Below, piece by piece: positions 39,699 to 48,767 of a stretch of 60,489 nt of DNA. A program made the position numbers and the translations under genes. Origin of the DNA: an uncultured Staphylococcaceae bacterium (lineage in GTDB: Bacteria > Bacillota_I > Bacilli_A > RFN20 > CAG-826); contig CAZXCV010000007.1 in NCBI GenBank assembly GCA_964639215.1, positions 6,316 through 66,804 on the forward strand, given 5' to 3'. Numbering within the stretch: position 1 is the first letter of the stretch; every line of letters begins with the position of its first letter. The notes under the pieces were generated by a model. The model was given only the letters and a program-made list of their open reading frames with translations. It was not told the origin of the DNA and ran no database searches.

Positions 39699-40802
39699 CT
39701 ATAACGTTTGGTTATAAGTGATAAAAGCTTCATTAACGACGTTATTAAAATCACCTTTTGTTGAATTAGCATAATCAACCATAACAATTGGCATTGTGAC
39801 AAGCCACGCTTCAAAATCAGCGTGTTCGATTAAAGCCATATTCGAAGAATTTGCCAAATCTAAGAGTGACCAGCCAAAGATGGTGTCCCACAAATCGCTA
39901 CCAGATAAAACTCCGGTTTTTTGGGCTTGGTTGACCCGGAGGATATCTTGGTAAATAACTGTCGTATTTAAATATTCGTGTTCAGACGTGATTCCTTCTA
40001 ATAACGTGGTAGTGTCTGCGGTGTTATGCCAGAGACTACGAATATTAATGACCGCGGTGTCACCATTGCCACGATTATAGTGATAAGGCAAGGTGACGCT
40101 TGAAGGAGTCTTGGCTAAAATAACAACACCCGCGCTTGTCTGGTTATTTGTGACAATGTCATAAGTTAGATCTCGCAATTGCTCGGTTAGCGGATCGTGG
40201 TGCACAAAATCCAATAGTGACTTTCCCGATACTTGATAACTTCCAAGATAATCAAACAAGTCATCATAAGTGGTACCATCAGGAAAATAGACGTGCTGCA
40301 TGTCAAAAATAATGAATTCGGCTGGATGATTGGCTAAAAAAGGAATCAGTTCATCGAGATAGGTACTTAAGTGGTCCGATAATAACCCGTGCTTGGTCCA
40401 CCAAACACCATCAACATAACTAAGGCGCACATCGAAATAACGAACCCCAGCTTTAAGTAAGGTTGCAGCCCCGCCTTTTTGAGCGCGTGACAATCTGACG
40501 AACACCCCATCAACGATTTTGCCAAGTGTCGCATTACGCAAAAGCGAGCCCTCTGGCTCTCCTGGATCAACTTGCGAGGTTGTCGTGATGTGATGACTAA
40601 ACGCATCGTGAGCGCCGAGCATCGCAATATCAACAATCGAAGCATCACCGTTTGTAACACCATCTTCGATCACATTCGAATAATCTTCTTTACTCGAGGA
40701 GAAAGTAAGACTGAAACCTCCTTTAGCAAACAGTATTAATGGGGCGATAATTAACGCTAAAACAATTAGTGGACGAATGATACGTTTTCGAATGAAGCGC
40801 AT
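39699..40802 (-). CDS. membrane-anchored PLC-like phosphodiesterase (PI-PLC X-domain-like)
   Basis: It has an N-terminal signal anchor and X-box-like motifs GAHDAFSH, GVRYFDVRLS and TKHGLL. The TAG stop lies 2 nt before the VTC gene ATG. Confidence 0.55.
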   Translation of the reverse strand: MRFIRKRIIRPLIVLALIIAPLILFAKGGFSLTFSSSKEDYSNVIEDGVTNGDASIVDIAMLGAHDAFSHHITTTSQVDPGEPEGSLLRNATLGKIVDGVFVRLSRAQKGGAATLLKAGVRYFDVRLSYVDGVWWTKHGLLSDHLSTYLDELIPFLANHPAEFIIFDMQHVYFPDGTTYDDLFDYLGSYQVSGKSLLDFVHHDPLTEQLRDLTYDIVTNNQTSAGVVILAKTPSSVTLPYHYNRGNGDTAVINIRSLWHNTADTTTLLEGITSEHEYLNTTVIYQDILRVNQAQKTGVLSGSDLWDTIFGWSLLDLANSSNMALIEHADFEAWLVTMPIVMVDYANSTKGDFNNVVNEAFITYNQTL

Positions 40803-40952
40803 AAGTAAACTCCTTATTATGAATATATCATATATGTTAATCGTCGCTTTACCGTGATATTTTTACTAAAATATGTATGAATTTTTGAAAAATTGATGCT
40901 TAACCCTTTATTATTAGTAATAGGAATTAAGCTTGTGGAAGGATGATTTTTT

Positions 40953-41816
40953 ATGGAATATGCATTTTCACTTAAACATGTCAGTTTCCGCTATCATAAA
41001 AAACGGCCCTTGGTACTTCAGGATATTTCACTCGACATTAAACCCGGGACAATCTTTGGTTTGCTTGGTCCCAGCGGGGCTGGTAAATCCACAACTCAAA
41101 AACTCATGTCCAAATTACTAGGCGATTACGATGGTGAGATTATTTATTTCGGCAAGAATCTCAAATCGTTTAATCACTCCTTTTATGAAGACATTGGCGT
41201 TGGATTTGAAATGCCCGTTCATTTCAACAAACTGACCGCACTTGAAAACTTAGCGTTTTTTGCGAATCTTTATAAAACGCATATCGATTATGAAGCATTA
41301 CTCGTTCGCGTCGGGCTTGGTGAAGCAAAAAACCAACAGGTTGGCCAATATTCAAAAGGCATGAAAGCTCGGCTTAATTTTGTGCGAGCATTACTTAATA
41401 ATCCCCACGTTATCTTCCTTGATGAACCAACGAATGGTCTTGATCCTAGTAATGCTCGGATTATTAAAGACATCATTTTAGAACTTAAAGCACAAGGGAA
41501 AACGATTTTCATATCGACTCATTTAATGGGAGATGTTGAAGAATTATGCGATGAAGTTGCTTTTATCGCACATGGCAAACTAATGGCAATCGATTCACCA
41601 AAGAATCTTAAAATGCAATATGGGACTCGTCAAGTACGCCTTGAATACTTAGATGGCGATACATCAAAAATGTTAAGCGTCCCCCTTCATGAATTATCAA
41701 GCAATCAATCGTTCCTCGACATTATTAAAGAAAAACCAATTATAACGATGCATACCGATGAAGTTAGTATGGAACAAATTTTCATCGACATCGTTGGAAA
41801 GCAAGCTGACCAATGA
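40953..41816 (+). CDS. ABC transporter ATP-binding protein (ABC-2 exporter type)
   Basis: It has Walker A GPSGAGKST, the signature YSKGMKARL and Walker B IFLDEPTNGLD. Confidence 0.9.
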   Translation: MEYAFSLKHVSFRYHKKRPLVLQDISLDIKPGTIFGLLGPSGAGKSTTQKLMSKLLGDYDGEIIYFGKNLKSFNHSFYEDIGVGFEMPVHFNKLTALENLAFFANLYKTHIDYEALLVRVGLGEAKNQQVGQYSKGMKARLNFVRALLNNPHVIFLDEPTNGLDPSNARIIKDIILELKAQGKTIFISTHLMGDVEELCDEVAFIAHGKLMAIDSPKNLKMQYGTRQVRLEYLDGDTSKMLSVPLHELSSNQSFLDIIKEKPIITMHTDEVSMEQIFIDIVGKQADQ

Positions 41817-42529
41817 AATCCTGGTGGACATTGTTAAAAGGCGAAATCATCCGTCTTTTCAAATATAAAATCATGTGGTTTGGCATCGCCCTTTCCTTAC
41901 TATGGGTCTTAGTTCTCGTTTTATCATCTGAAGCTGATGCCCGAGCGCTTATGCCTTTTCTTATTGTTTTGGATACTGGGATGATGGCCATCATTTTGTT
42001 AGCATCGAGTTTTTATTTTGAAAAACAAGAAAGCACAATCAAAACATTATTTGTCGCTCCAGTGACAATCAGACAGATCTTAAGCGCCAAGGTCGTTGCT
42101 TCTCTCCTATCAGGCGTTATCTCAATTGGACTCGTTGGTTTAGCGATGCTCATCGTTCATGGTGTCGTCATTAATTACGCATTAGCGTTTCTTTATGCAA
42201 TATTGTCGACATTAGCACATGTATCGATTGGTTATATCATCGTCTTCTACAGTGTTGATTTCATGGCATTTCTTATGAAATACATGGGTATGGCTATTAT
42301 GTTAATGGTACCCGTCTTACTCGTGATGCTCGACATCATTCCATCTGATCTGATCGGATTAGCGTTCATCTCGCCAAGTTACGCTGCTCAATATCTTATC
42401 AATAGCTTGTTTACGACAAGTGATATTTGGCTAATTGTCTTAGGAATCGCCGTTCTCATCGCCATTCCTTCAATCTTATATCCACTAGTGGTTTATCCGA
42501 AATTCAAGGCATATGCGGTCCGAGGTTAA
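41813..42529 (+). CDS. ABC-2-type transporter permease
   Basis: 238 aa with 6 TM helices. It overlaps the ATPase gene (ATGA). Confidence 0.7.
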   Translation: MKSWWTLLKGEIIRLFKYKIMWFGIALSLLWVLVLVLSSEADARALMPFLIVLDTGMMAIILLASSFYFEKQESTIKTLFVAPVTIRQILSAKVVASLLSGVISIGLVGLAMLIVHGVVINYALAFLYAILSTLAHVSIGYIIVFYSVDFMAFLMKYMGMAIMLMVPVLLVMLDIIPSDLIGLAFISPSYAAQYLINSLFTTSDIWLIVLGIAVLIAIPSILYPLVVYPKFKAYAVRG

Positions 42530-42531
42530 CT

Positions 42532-43344
42532 ATGAAAAAATATTTAAAACTCGTAACCTATGAACTAAAGACAATCCTTCGCGATCCCTTAAATTTGTTT
42601 TTATTGATTTATCCCGTCATTATGTTTGGACTAATCGGTTGGCTTTTACCCGCCAGTTTGTCGCGAGGTGGATTGACGAATACTGATCCAGCTTATAGCC
42701 TTACGCTCCTGATTGCCTTTGTCGTGATTATTTCGATTGGTGGTTTCGTTAGTGGTGCCCTCCTGGGCTTTTCATTACTTGAAAACAAAGATGAGAAAAC
42801 AATTTATTCGATTGCGGTCACTCCCGTTTCTATCACCGGATATATCACATTTAAATCAATTTATACATATGTGCTCGCCGTCGCTGGTAATCTCTTCATG
42901 ATTTATGCAATTAAGTGGTGGGCTTCCGATTACTATAGTTTTACATATGGACCATATACGTTCGGGTTTGATAATCTTACGGCAATCCATATATTCCCAT
43001 TCGCACTGATTAGTTCGTTATTCGTTGCCGCGGTCGGATTGCTAATTGCCTCGGTTGCCAAAAATAAAATTGAAGGCTTTGCGTTTATGAAAAGCGGTGG
43101 CATCATCTTCATGATTCCCGTGCTCGTTTTGCTTGATGCATTTAGCGATGGAAAGCAGTATCTGTTAGGCATTGCTCCCAATTTCTGGACGACAAAGGCG
43201 TTATTGAATGTCGCCTTAAACGCTGAAGGGGCTAACGATTTGCCCTATTGGGCTTATTTGTTAATTGGTGGTGTTTATATGCTTGTTTTGGCGGTAGTTG
43301 CCATTATCGCCTTTAGTAAAAAACAACAACACGGAGGTAATTAG
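42532..43344 (+). CDS. ABC-2-type transporter permease (second subunit)
   Basis: The start was chosen at MKKYLKLVTYEL, immediately after the stop of the previous permease. It has 6 TM helices. Confidence 0.7.
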   Translation: MKKYLKLVTYELKTILRDPLNLFLLIYPVIMFGLIGWLLPASLSRGGLTNTDPAYSLTLLIAFVVIISIGGFVSGALLGFSLLENKDEKTIYSIAVTPVSITGYITFKSIYTYVLAVAGNLFMIYAIKWWASDYYSFTYGPYTFGFDNLTAIHIFPFALISSLFVAAVGLLIASVAKNKIEGFAFMKSGGIIFMIPVLVLLDAFSDGKQYLLGIAPNFWTTKALLNVALNAEGANDLPYWAYLLIGGVYMLVLAVVAIIAFSKKQQHGGN

Positions 43345-43346
43345 TC

Positions 43347-43502
43347 ATGTTAGCAGCTACTGGAAGTTTCCCGTGGTGGGGCTGGGTGCTCATCGGAGTT
43401 GGCGTCATCGCGCTTGGAGCGTTAAAATTGTTTATCTTTGATAAAATCAAAAAAAATCACAAAGCCAAGGACGAATCCAAAAAAGATATCAACGAAGACT
43501 AA
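43347..43502 (+). CDS. 51-aa single-TM small protein (not in the supplied ORF track)
   Basis: The ATG is 8 nt after GGAGGT and 2 nt after the permease stop. The product is MLAATGSFPWWGWVLIGVGVIALGALKLFIFDKIKKNHKAKDESKKDINED: one TM helix plus a Lys-rich tail. Confidence 0.5.
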   Translation: MLAATGSFPWWGWVLIGVGVIALGALKLFIFDKIKKNHKAKDESKKDINED

Positions 43503-43573
43503 TTTTGATTATTTTGATATAATTATTTTTAATCTACTGCTGGTCGTAGCTAGATATTCCAAGGAGGAACATT

Positions 43574-44257
43574 ATGGAAGATGTTAAGTTATCACGCATG
43601 CCTTTGATTGGTGATCCCGCCCCTCATTTCGTCGCTAAAACGACACAAGGGACCATCACTTTCCCAGAAGACTACAAAGGAAAATGGGTCATTCTCTTTT
43701 CCCATCCAGCAGACTTCACACCCGTCTGCACCACTGAATTCATGACCTTTGCGTCAATGATTGATGAATTCAAAAGCTTGAATACCGAGTTGGTCGGATT
43801 ATCGGTTGATTCGCTTTATGCTCATATCGCCTGGTTACGAAAGATTCAAGACATTAAATGGAAGAAATTTAAAAACATCGAAGTTACTTTTCCATTAATT
43901 GAAGACATCCGCATGGATGTATCAAATCTTTACGGGATGATTCAACCAGGACAAAGCAATACCCAAGCTGTCCGGGCTGTTTTCATTATTGATCCGAAGG
44001 GTATTATCCGTTTAATGCTTTATTACCCATTATCAACTGGCCGTAACTTTGATGAAATCAAACGTTGCGTCCTCGCCTTACAAAAAGCCGATCAAGACGG
44101 CGTTGCCACTCCTGCTGATTGGCGCCCAGGCGATGATGTCATCGTACCAACCGCTGGTAGCTGTGGCACAGCCAAAGAACGGATGGAAGCCACTGATGAT
44201 GATATGTATTGTCTCGATTGGTTCATGTGCTTCCGGCGTGAAAAGAAAGCTAAATAA
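43574..44257 (+). CDS. peroxiredoxin (Prx6/1-Cys-like)
   Basis: It has the motif FSHPADFTPVCTTEF and a strong RBS AAGGAGG. Its 227 aa length fits the Prx6 subfamily. Confidence 0.85.
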   Translation: MEDVKLSRMPLIGDPAPHFVAKTTQGTITFPEDYKGKWVILFSHPADFTPVCTTEFMTFASMIDEFKSLNTELVGLSVDSLYAHIAWLRKIQDIKWKKFKNIEVTFPLIEDIRMDVSNLYGMIQPGQSNTQAVRAVFIIDPKGIIRLMLYYPLSTGRNFDEIKRCVLALQKADQDGVATPADWRPGDDVIVPTAGSCGTAKERMEATDDDMYCLDWFMCFRREKKAK

Positions 44258-44280
44258 TCATTAGTCTCACACAATAATTA

Positions 44281-44314
44281 AGATGGCGTTATCCAAATTG
44301 CGCCATCTTTTTTC
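44281..44314 (+). terminator. rho-independent terminator after the peroxiredoxin gene
   Basis: The stem AGATGGCG / CGCCATCT is followed by TTTTTT. Confidence 0.75.
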
Positions 44315-44406
44315 TATGAAGACACCGTTTTAAAAGAAAATAAGAAAAGCCCTAGACTGATGTCTAGAGCTTAATGGTTATTAGCAATTAGAGATTCTAG
44401 GAAAAA

Positions 44407-45654
44407 CTATTGCCGTTTAGCTTTGAAGATGCAGAATACGGATCCGGCAAGCAATGTTAAAGTCATGATCATCAGAGCGATGATATAACTAACGTTTGTT
44501 GTAGCACTTTCAACAACTTGGATGAGTCCCGAACTACCACCACCGTTTTCGGCATTAAACAAACCTTGCATCATCGTATATTTTGCATAGGCGTCGGTTG
44601 CTGCAACAGTTTCACGTGTGCCAGTTGTATAGTCAGTTTTATCTAAGAAGTCTTTGATCAATTGACCGCCTAAATCACCTTCCATATTCCAAACTTCGGC
44701 TGTTCTTGGCAAGAAGTTCGTATCGATGTCATCAAAGGCCATGAAACCATTGATTGCACTTTCATCACAAGATAAATAGCCTTCAAGCACTTTGGCGAAG
44801 AAACTATTATAAATCCGTTCAGTAATTGCGCCTTTGGTAATTGACCAGTTGGGATCAACAAAGTTAATTTTCCAAACTTTATTGTTATCGCCCGCTGTAT
44901 AGGGGACGGCAGGAATTTCTACGGTGACGCCAAGTGAAGCATTAACGATTGTGATTCCAATATCACCAGTAAGTTCTGAAATCGGAACATCATAATAGGC
45001 AAACCATCGATTGGTTTCTGTTAATTTAAGCGCCATTTCCCAGCCAGTTGGCCGATATCGTGTTTCACCAATTTTTAAGGCGTGGGTGTAACCATCTTCG
45101 TAATGACCACCACGATCGAGCCAAATACGGACTTTATCGCTCTTAATGCCAGGTGTCGTATCTGACAACGTTACCGTTGGTGGTAATGGATGATCGTCTG
45201 GATCATAAACGCTCCAAGTCGTTGTCGCACTATCCCAAGCACCATCTGGAATCGTAAACAAATTGTTAGTACCATCATAGGTTAAGTCCGCTGTTTGATT
45301 CCACTTATTATCCCAATTATTTTCAGTTGTCGCGCCATTCATGCGCGTGAAGATGATGGTTGCGTATTCAGTCGCTGGTGCCACGACTTTATAAATGTCG
45401 AGGACCCCGGCTTCGGCGGTAAGATCAACCCATTCACTACCACCAGAAGTTGTATAAAAATAAGCCGCGAACCGTTGGTCAGCACTAAGCCAGTTAGAAT
45501 TCGGTTTCAAATAAAGTGATGTGCCAGATGGAATTGCCACGGCTCGGGCTGGCATCATGTCTTTTTGGTTACTGATCACGCTTCCTAATCCAAGCGCTAA
45601 TGCCAGCGTACCTAAAAAGACAAAAAGACGATTTCTATATTGTTTTTTTGACAT
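44407..45654 (-). CDS. secreted, C-terminally TM-anchored surface protein, unknown function
   Basis: It has a signal peptide and an N-terminal beta-rich module resembling carbohydrate-binding modules (LYLKPNSNWLSADQRFAAYFY...NKWNQTADL). A C-terminal TM helix is followed by KAKRQ. Confidence 0.5.
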   Translation of the reverse strand: MSKKQYRNRLFVFLGTLALALGLGSVISNQKDMMPARAVAIPSGTSLYLKPNSNWLSADQRFAAYFYTTSGGSEWVDLTAEAGVLDIYKVVAPATEYATIIFTRMNGATTENNWDNKWNQTADLTYDGTNNLFTIPDGAWDSATTTWSVYDPDDHPLPPTVTLSDTTPGIKSDKVRIWLDRGGHYEDGYTHALKIGETRYRPTGWEMALKLTETNRWFAYYDVPISELTGDIGITIVNASLGVTVEIPAVPYTAGDNNKVWKINFVDPNWSITKGAITERIYNSFFAKVLEGYLSCDESAINGFMAFDDIDTNFLPRTAEVWNMEGDLGGQLIKDFLDKTDYTTGTRETVAATDAYAKYTMMQGLFNAENGGGSSGLIQVVESATTNVSYIIALMIMTLTLLAGSVFCIFKAKRQ

Positions 45655-45696
45655 AAGTTTTCCTCCAACTTATTTTGATTTTGTCAACTTAGTTTA

Positions 45697-45725
45697 ATTA
45701 TGGTTAGAATTAGTTTTTTTGTCAA
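45697..45725 (-). promoter_or_regulatory. sigma-A-type promoter for the surface-protein gene
   Basis: The minus strand reads TTGACA, a 17-nt spacer, then CATAAT. It lies about 40 nt upstream of GGAGG-ATG. Confidence 0.5.
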
Positions 45726-45936
45726 CGTGAAAAAAGTGGTATGGCACGACTTAAATTATTTGCTGCGAGTCTCATAATTGGTATTTTTGAAGAATTTTAA
45801 CAATATTATCGATGCGACTTATATTTCTTGGCTTGCTCATCGGTATAAATTATTAAAAAATAGCGTTAATAACACATAAAAATTAAGTGAACATTTACGG
45901 TGATTCCATCACAAAATATCATTTTTAGTTATTGGA

Positions 45937-46935
45937 TTATCCTCGTTCGTATTGGCTAATAACGAGTTCGGGTTGATATTTTTTTGCTGCTTCCATGAGC
46001 AAGAATGGATGTAACAATAATGGTCTTCCAAAGTAGATTAAATCAGCCTGATTACGTTCGAGCGCGGCTTCAGCATCTTCCACACTATTGATAAGACCGC
46101 CTCCAAATGTCAATAGACCTTTATTTCTAATGGCTTCTGAGAAAGTTAATTGATAGCCGGGATATGCCTTTGGAACAATTGGAACGATTCCACCCGAGCT
46201 AACATTAACACCATCAATGAATGGTTTGATTATATCGACGACTGCTAGTGTTTCTTCGATATGGTGCCCTTGCTTGGCATATTCTTCGGCTGATAACCGA
46301 ACCCATAAAGGTCCATCCCATTCTTTGCGAATTGCTAAGATGATATCTAACAAGAATTTTGTGCGGTTTTGTAATGATCCACCGTATTCATCGTTACGAT
46401 AATTTGTTAAAGGAGAAAGAAACTGGTTAATTAAATAACCATGGGCTCCATGAATTTCAATTCCATCATATCCAGCGATTTTGGCACGCCGCGCCCCCTG
46501 TCGAAAGGCGTCAATCACATCTTTTATTTCATCGCTTGATAAAGCAACTGGCGTGTCATATTTATCATTAAATGCCTCATTTGAACTTGAAACAATCGGT
46601 GTTCCAGTCGCTCGGCTTTTGCGTCCGGCATGAGCGAGTTGGATTGCCATTTTGCTTCCAGCAAGATGCACATCATCAATTAATTGCCTTAACGGTTCTA
46701 TTTGCTCATCACTCCAAATTCCTAAGTCATGATCCGTGATGCGCCCACGTGGTTCGACACCTGTTGCTTCTTGAATGATCAGACCAATACCTCCATATGC
46801 TCTCGCAGCATAATGAATGTGGTGGAAACGAGCGACGAGTCCATCGCGAGCGGCTGAATACATGCACATCGGCGCCATGACCGCGCGATTTTTCAATTTT
46901 AAATCTTTGATTTTAATTGGTTCAAATATTAGCAT
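45937..46935 (-). CDS. namA: Old Yellow Enzyme family NADPH dehydrogenase (YqjM/NamA-like)
   Basis: 332 aa with motifs MAPMCMY, HGAHGYLINQFLSPLTN and GRP. Confidence 0.9.
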   Translation of the reverse strand: MLIFEPIKIKDLKLKNRAVMAPMCMYSAARDGLVARFHHIHYAARAYGGIGLIIQEATGVEPRGRITDHDLGIWSDEQIEPLRQLIDDVHLAGSKMAIQLAHAGRKSRATGTPIVSSSNEAFNDKYDTPVALSSDEIKDVIDAFRQGARRAKIAGYDGIEIHGAHGYLINQFLSPLTNYRNDEYGGSLQNRTKFLLDIILAIRKEWDGPLWVRLSAEEYAKQGHHIEETLAVVDIIKPFIDGVNVSSGGIVPIVPKAYPGYQLTFSEAIRNKGLLTFGGGLINSVEDAEAALERNQADLIYFGRPLLLHPFLLMEAAKKYQPELVISQYERG

Positions 46936-46945
46936 ACAGTACTCC

Positions 46946-48688
46946 TTAAATCGTATTCACACCGAGAATAAAAGCCGCGCTTGACACTGTAAAACGCTCA
47001 GATTCTTTGTATAAATACCCATTTATGTAACGAAGATATAACGTAAAATCAAACCCGTTATTACTACCGGTGTAGGTCATTTCCGTTAAAGTATAACCTT
47101 CTTTGCCACGCTCAACATTGTCATAGAAATATGCCGCAACATCATACATGTCAAACGTAATGTCGATATTATCATTCGTTAACTGATAAATACTTCCGGT
47201 CACCGTTATTGATAATAATAGATCACTGCCACTCTCGAGTGGTAACGGAGTGATATCATACAAAAAATCGAATGTTGAAAAACTATTAAGATCGATAGCA
47301 ATCGTGTCCAGTTGATAATTGACGAATTGATACTCTTGTTCACCGCCACCAATGTAGAAAAACGGAAAACCAAAGACGGTTTCAAAATCAAGATAGGTGT
47401 AATTATCGGGTAGATATTTAAGTCGATGAACACCTATTTCATCAGCTTTGATGATTAATCTGACAATTGCTTCTTTTTCGGAAAGGGTTAAATCATCACG
47501 TGGCACAATTTGATTATCAACTAGCATATTGTTGCTAGTTAGAATCGCTTTAAATTCGGCATTATATTGATACGTCGCTATGTTAATAACATTAATGAAT
47601 GGGAAAAACATAATTAGAAACAGTGTATCCGCCCCTGATAAGAAAAATATCTGCCCACGACTCATCTTGAAAAGTGGTCGTTTTATGATATTGATGATTA
47701 GGACAGCGATTAACCAAATGCCTAAATACACCGATGTCATGTGCATCATGATGAAACCATCAGTGATAATTTGACGGATTACTTCAACGATATAACCGAT
47801 CATCACTGGCGCGAACACATACGGCCAATATTTGGCATAAATCGTTAAATGTGGGGTGTCTTTTATAAATGGATCGAGGGCAATCAAAGCCGCAAAACCC
47901 CCACCACCAACAACAATCGTCGCAATGACAAATACCTCAGGATAATAATTTTGATTAAATGATGATGTGATGATGTATATGAGAAGAATCATCGTAAATA
48001 CCGTCACAACCGGGACGATTATTAATGAGAAAACCGTTTTCCAAATCTTGTGATAATCGTCGATTGTTAGCTCTTGATCTTGCATTGGGATAAAGCCAAG
48101 GAAAATTGGAATGGCGACCAAATTAGCAATGATAATTAAAAGGTTTAAGTAAATATATGTGCCAAAATCGATATTAAATAGCGATTCCATGGCAACAAAA
48201 ATTGCGACAAGGGAGCCATAAAGTACGCCGGCATAGAAAAGCGTGGCGAATAGTTTCGTTGCGAGATACATCACATAGATTGAAAAGTTTTGGCGCCTTG
48301 GAAAATACGCTACGCATAATGCCAGAACACTAATGATGCCGAGCAAAGCTGCAAACCGGAAATTTTCAATGTAGCGAGAGCCTTCGAGTGGTCCAACAAA
48401 GTAATAAACAAGCGCACCGATGACGCTTAAACCCATCAGTGCATATCGATGCCATGTTTTTAGTTTGAAGCGAGCGACAATTAATGTCATCAATAACATG
48501 AGTGAAAGCAACAACCAAAGTGATTTTAAAATCGGATTAAATATTTGACGTAATTGGGTTTCATTACTCGTTATTTGTAAGACGATGATGATGAGACTAA
48601 CAACAACGGCTTCGGTAAATCGCGAAAAACTTCGCAAAAACGGATCAATCAACGCGGTCTTCATGAATAAGACAAATTTATTAGTCAT
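46946..48688 (-). CDS. DUF4153-like polytopic membrane protein with C-terminal soluble domain
   Basis: 580 aa with about 12 TM helices followed by a soluble domain of about 190 aa. Its stop lies 10 nt upstream of the namA start. The family assignment is from memory. Confidence 0.45.
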   Translation of the reverse strand: MTNKFVLFMKTALIDPFLRSFSRFTEAVVVSLIIIVLQITSNETQLRQIFNPILKSLWLLLSLMLLMTLIVARFKLKTWHRYALMGLSVIGALVYYFVGPLEGSRYIENFRFAALLGIISVLALCVAYFPRRQNFSIYVMYLATKLFATLFYAGVLYGSLVAIFVAMESLFNIDFGTYIYLNLLIIIANLVAIPIFLGFIPMQDQELTIDDYHKIWKTVFSLIIVPVVTVFTMILLIYIITSSFNQNYYPEVFVIATIVVGGGGFAALIALDPFIKDTPHLTIYAKYWPYVFAPVMIGYIVEVIRQIITDGFIMMHMTSVYLGIWLIAVLIINIIKRPLFKMSRGQIFFLSGADTLFLIMFFPFINVINIATYQYNAEFKAILTSNNMLVDNQIVPRDDLTLSEKEAIVRLIIKADEIGVHRLKYLPDNYTYLDFETVFGFPFFYIGGGEQEYQFVNYQLDTIAIDLNSFSTFDFLYDITPLPLESGSDLLLSITVTGSIYQLTNDNIDITFDMYDVAAYFYDNVERGKEGYTLTEMTYTGSNNGFDFTLYLRYINGYLYKESERFTVSSAAFILGVNTI

Positions 48689-48713
48689 ATTATTTTCTCC
48701 AGTTATAACATAT

Positions 48714-48741
48714 CACAAAAAAAGCGAGATAATTCTCGCTT
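48714..48741 (-). terminator. rho-independent terminator after the LURP-one-related gene
   Basis: On the minus strand the stem AAGCGAGA / TCTCGCTT is followed by TTTTTTTGT. Confidence 0.7.
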
Positions 48742-48767
48742 TATCGATTATGTTTTTACTTTTCTTG

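Noticed and set aside
45741-45800. A 19-codon hydrophobic ORF (MARLKLFAASLIIGIFEEF) in the 282-bp intergenic region.
   Set aside because: It has no Shine-Dalgarno sequence, lies on the strand opposite both neighbours, and overlaps the likely promoter/UTR region of the surface-protein gene. It is probably fortuitous.
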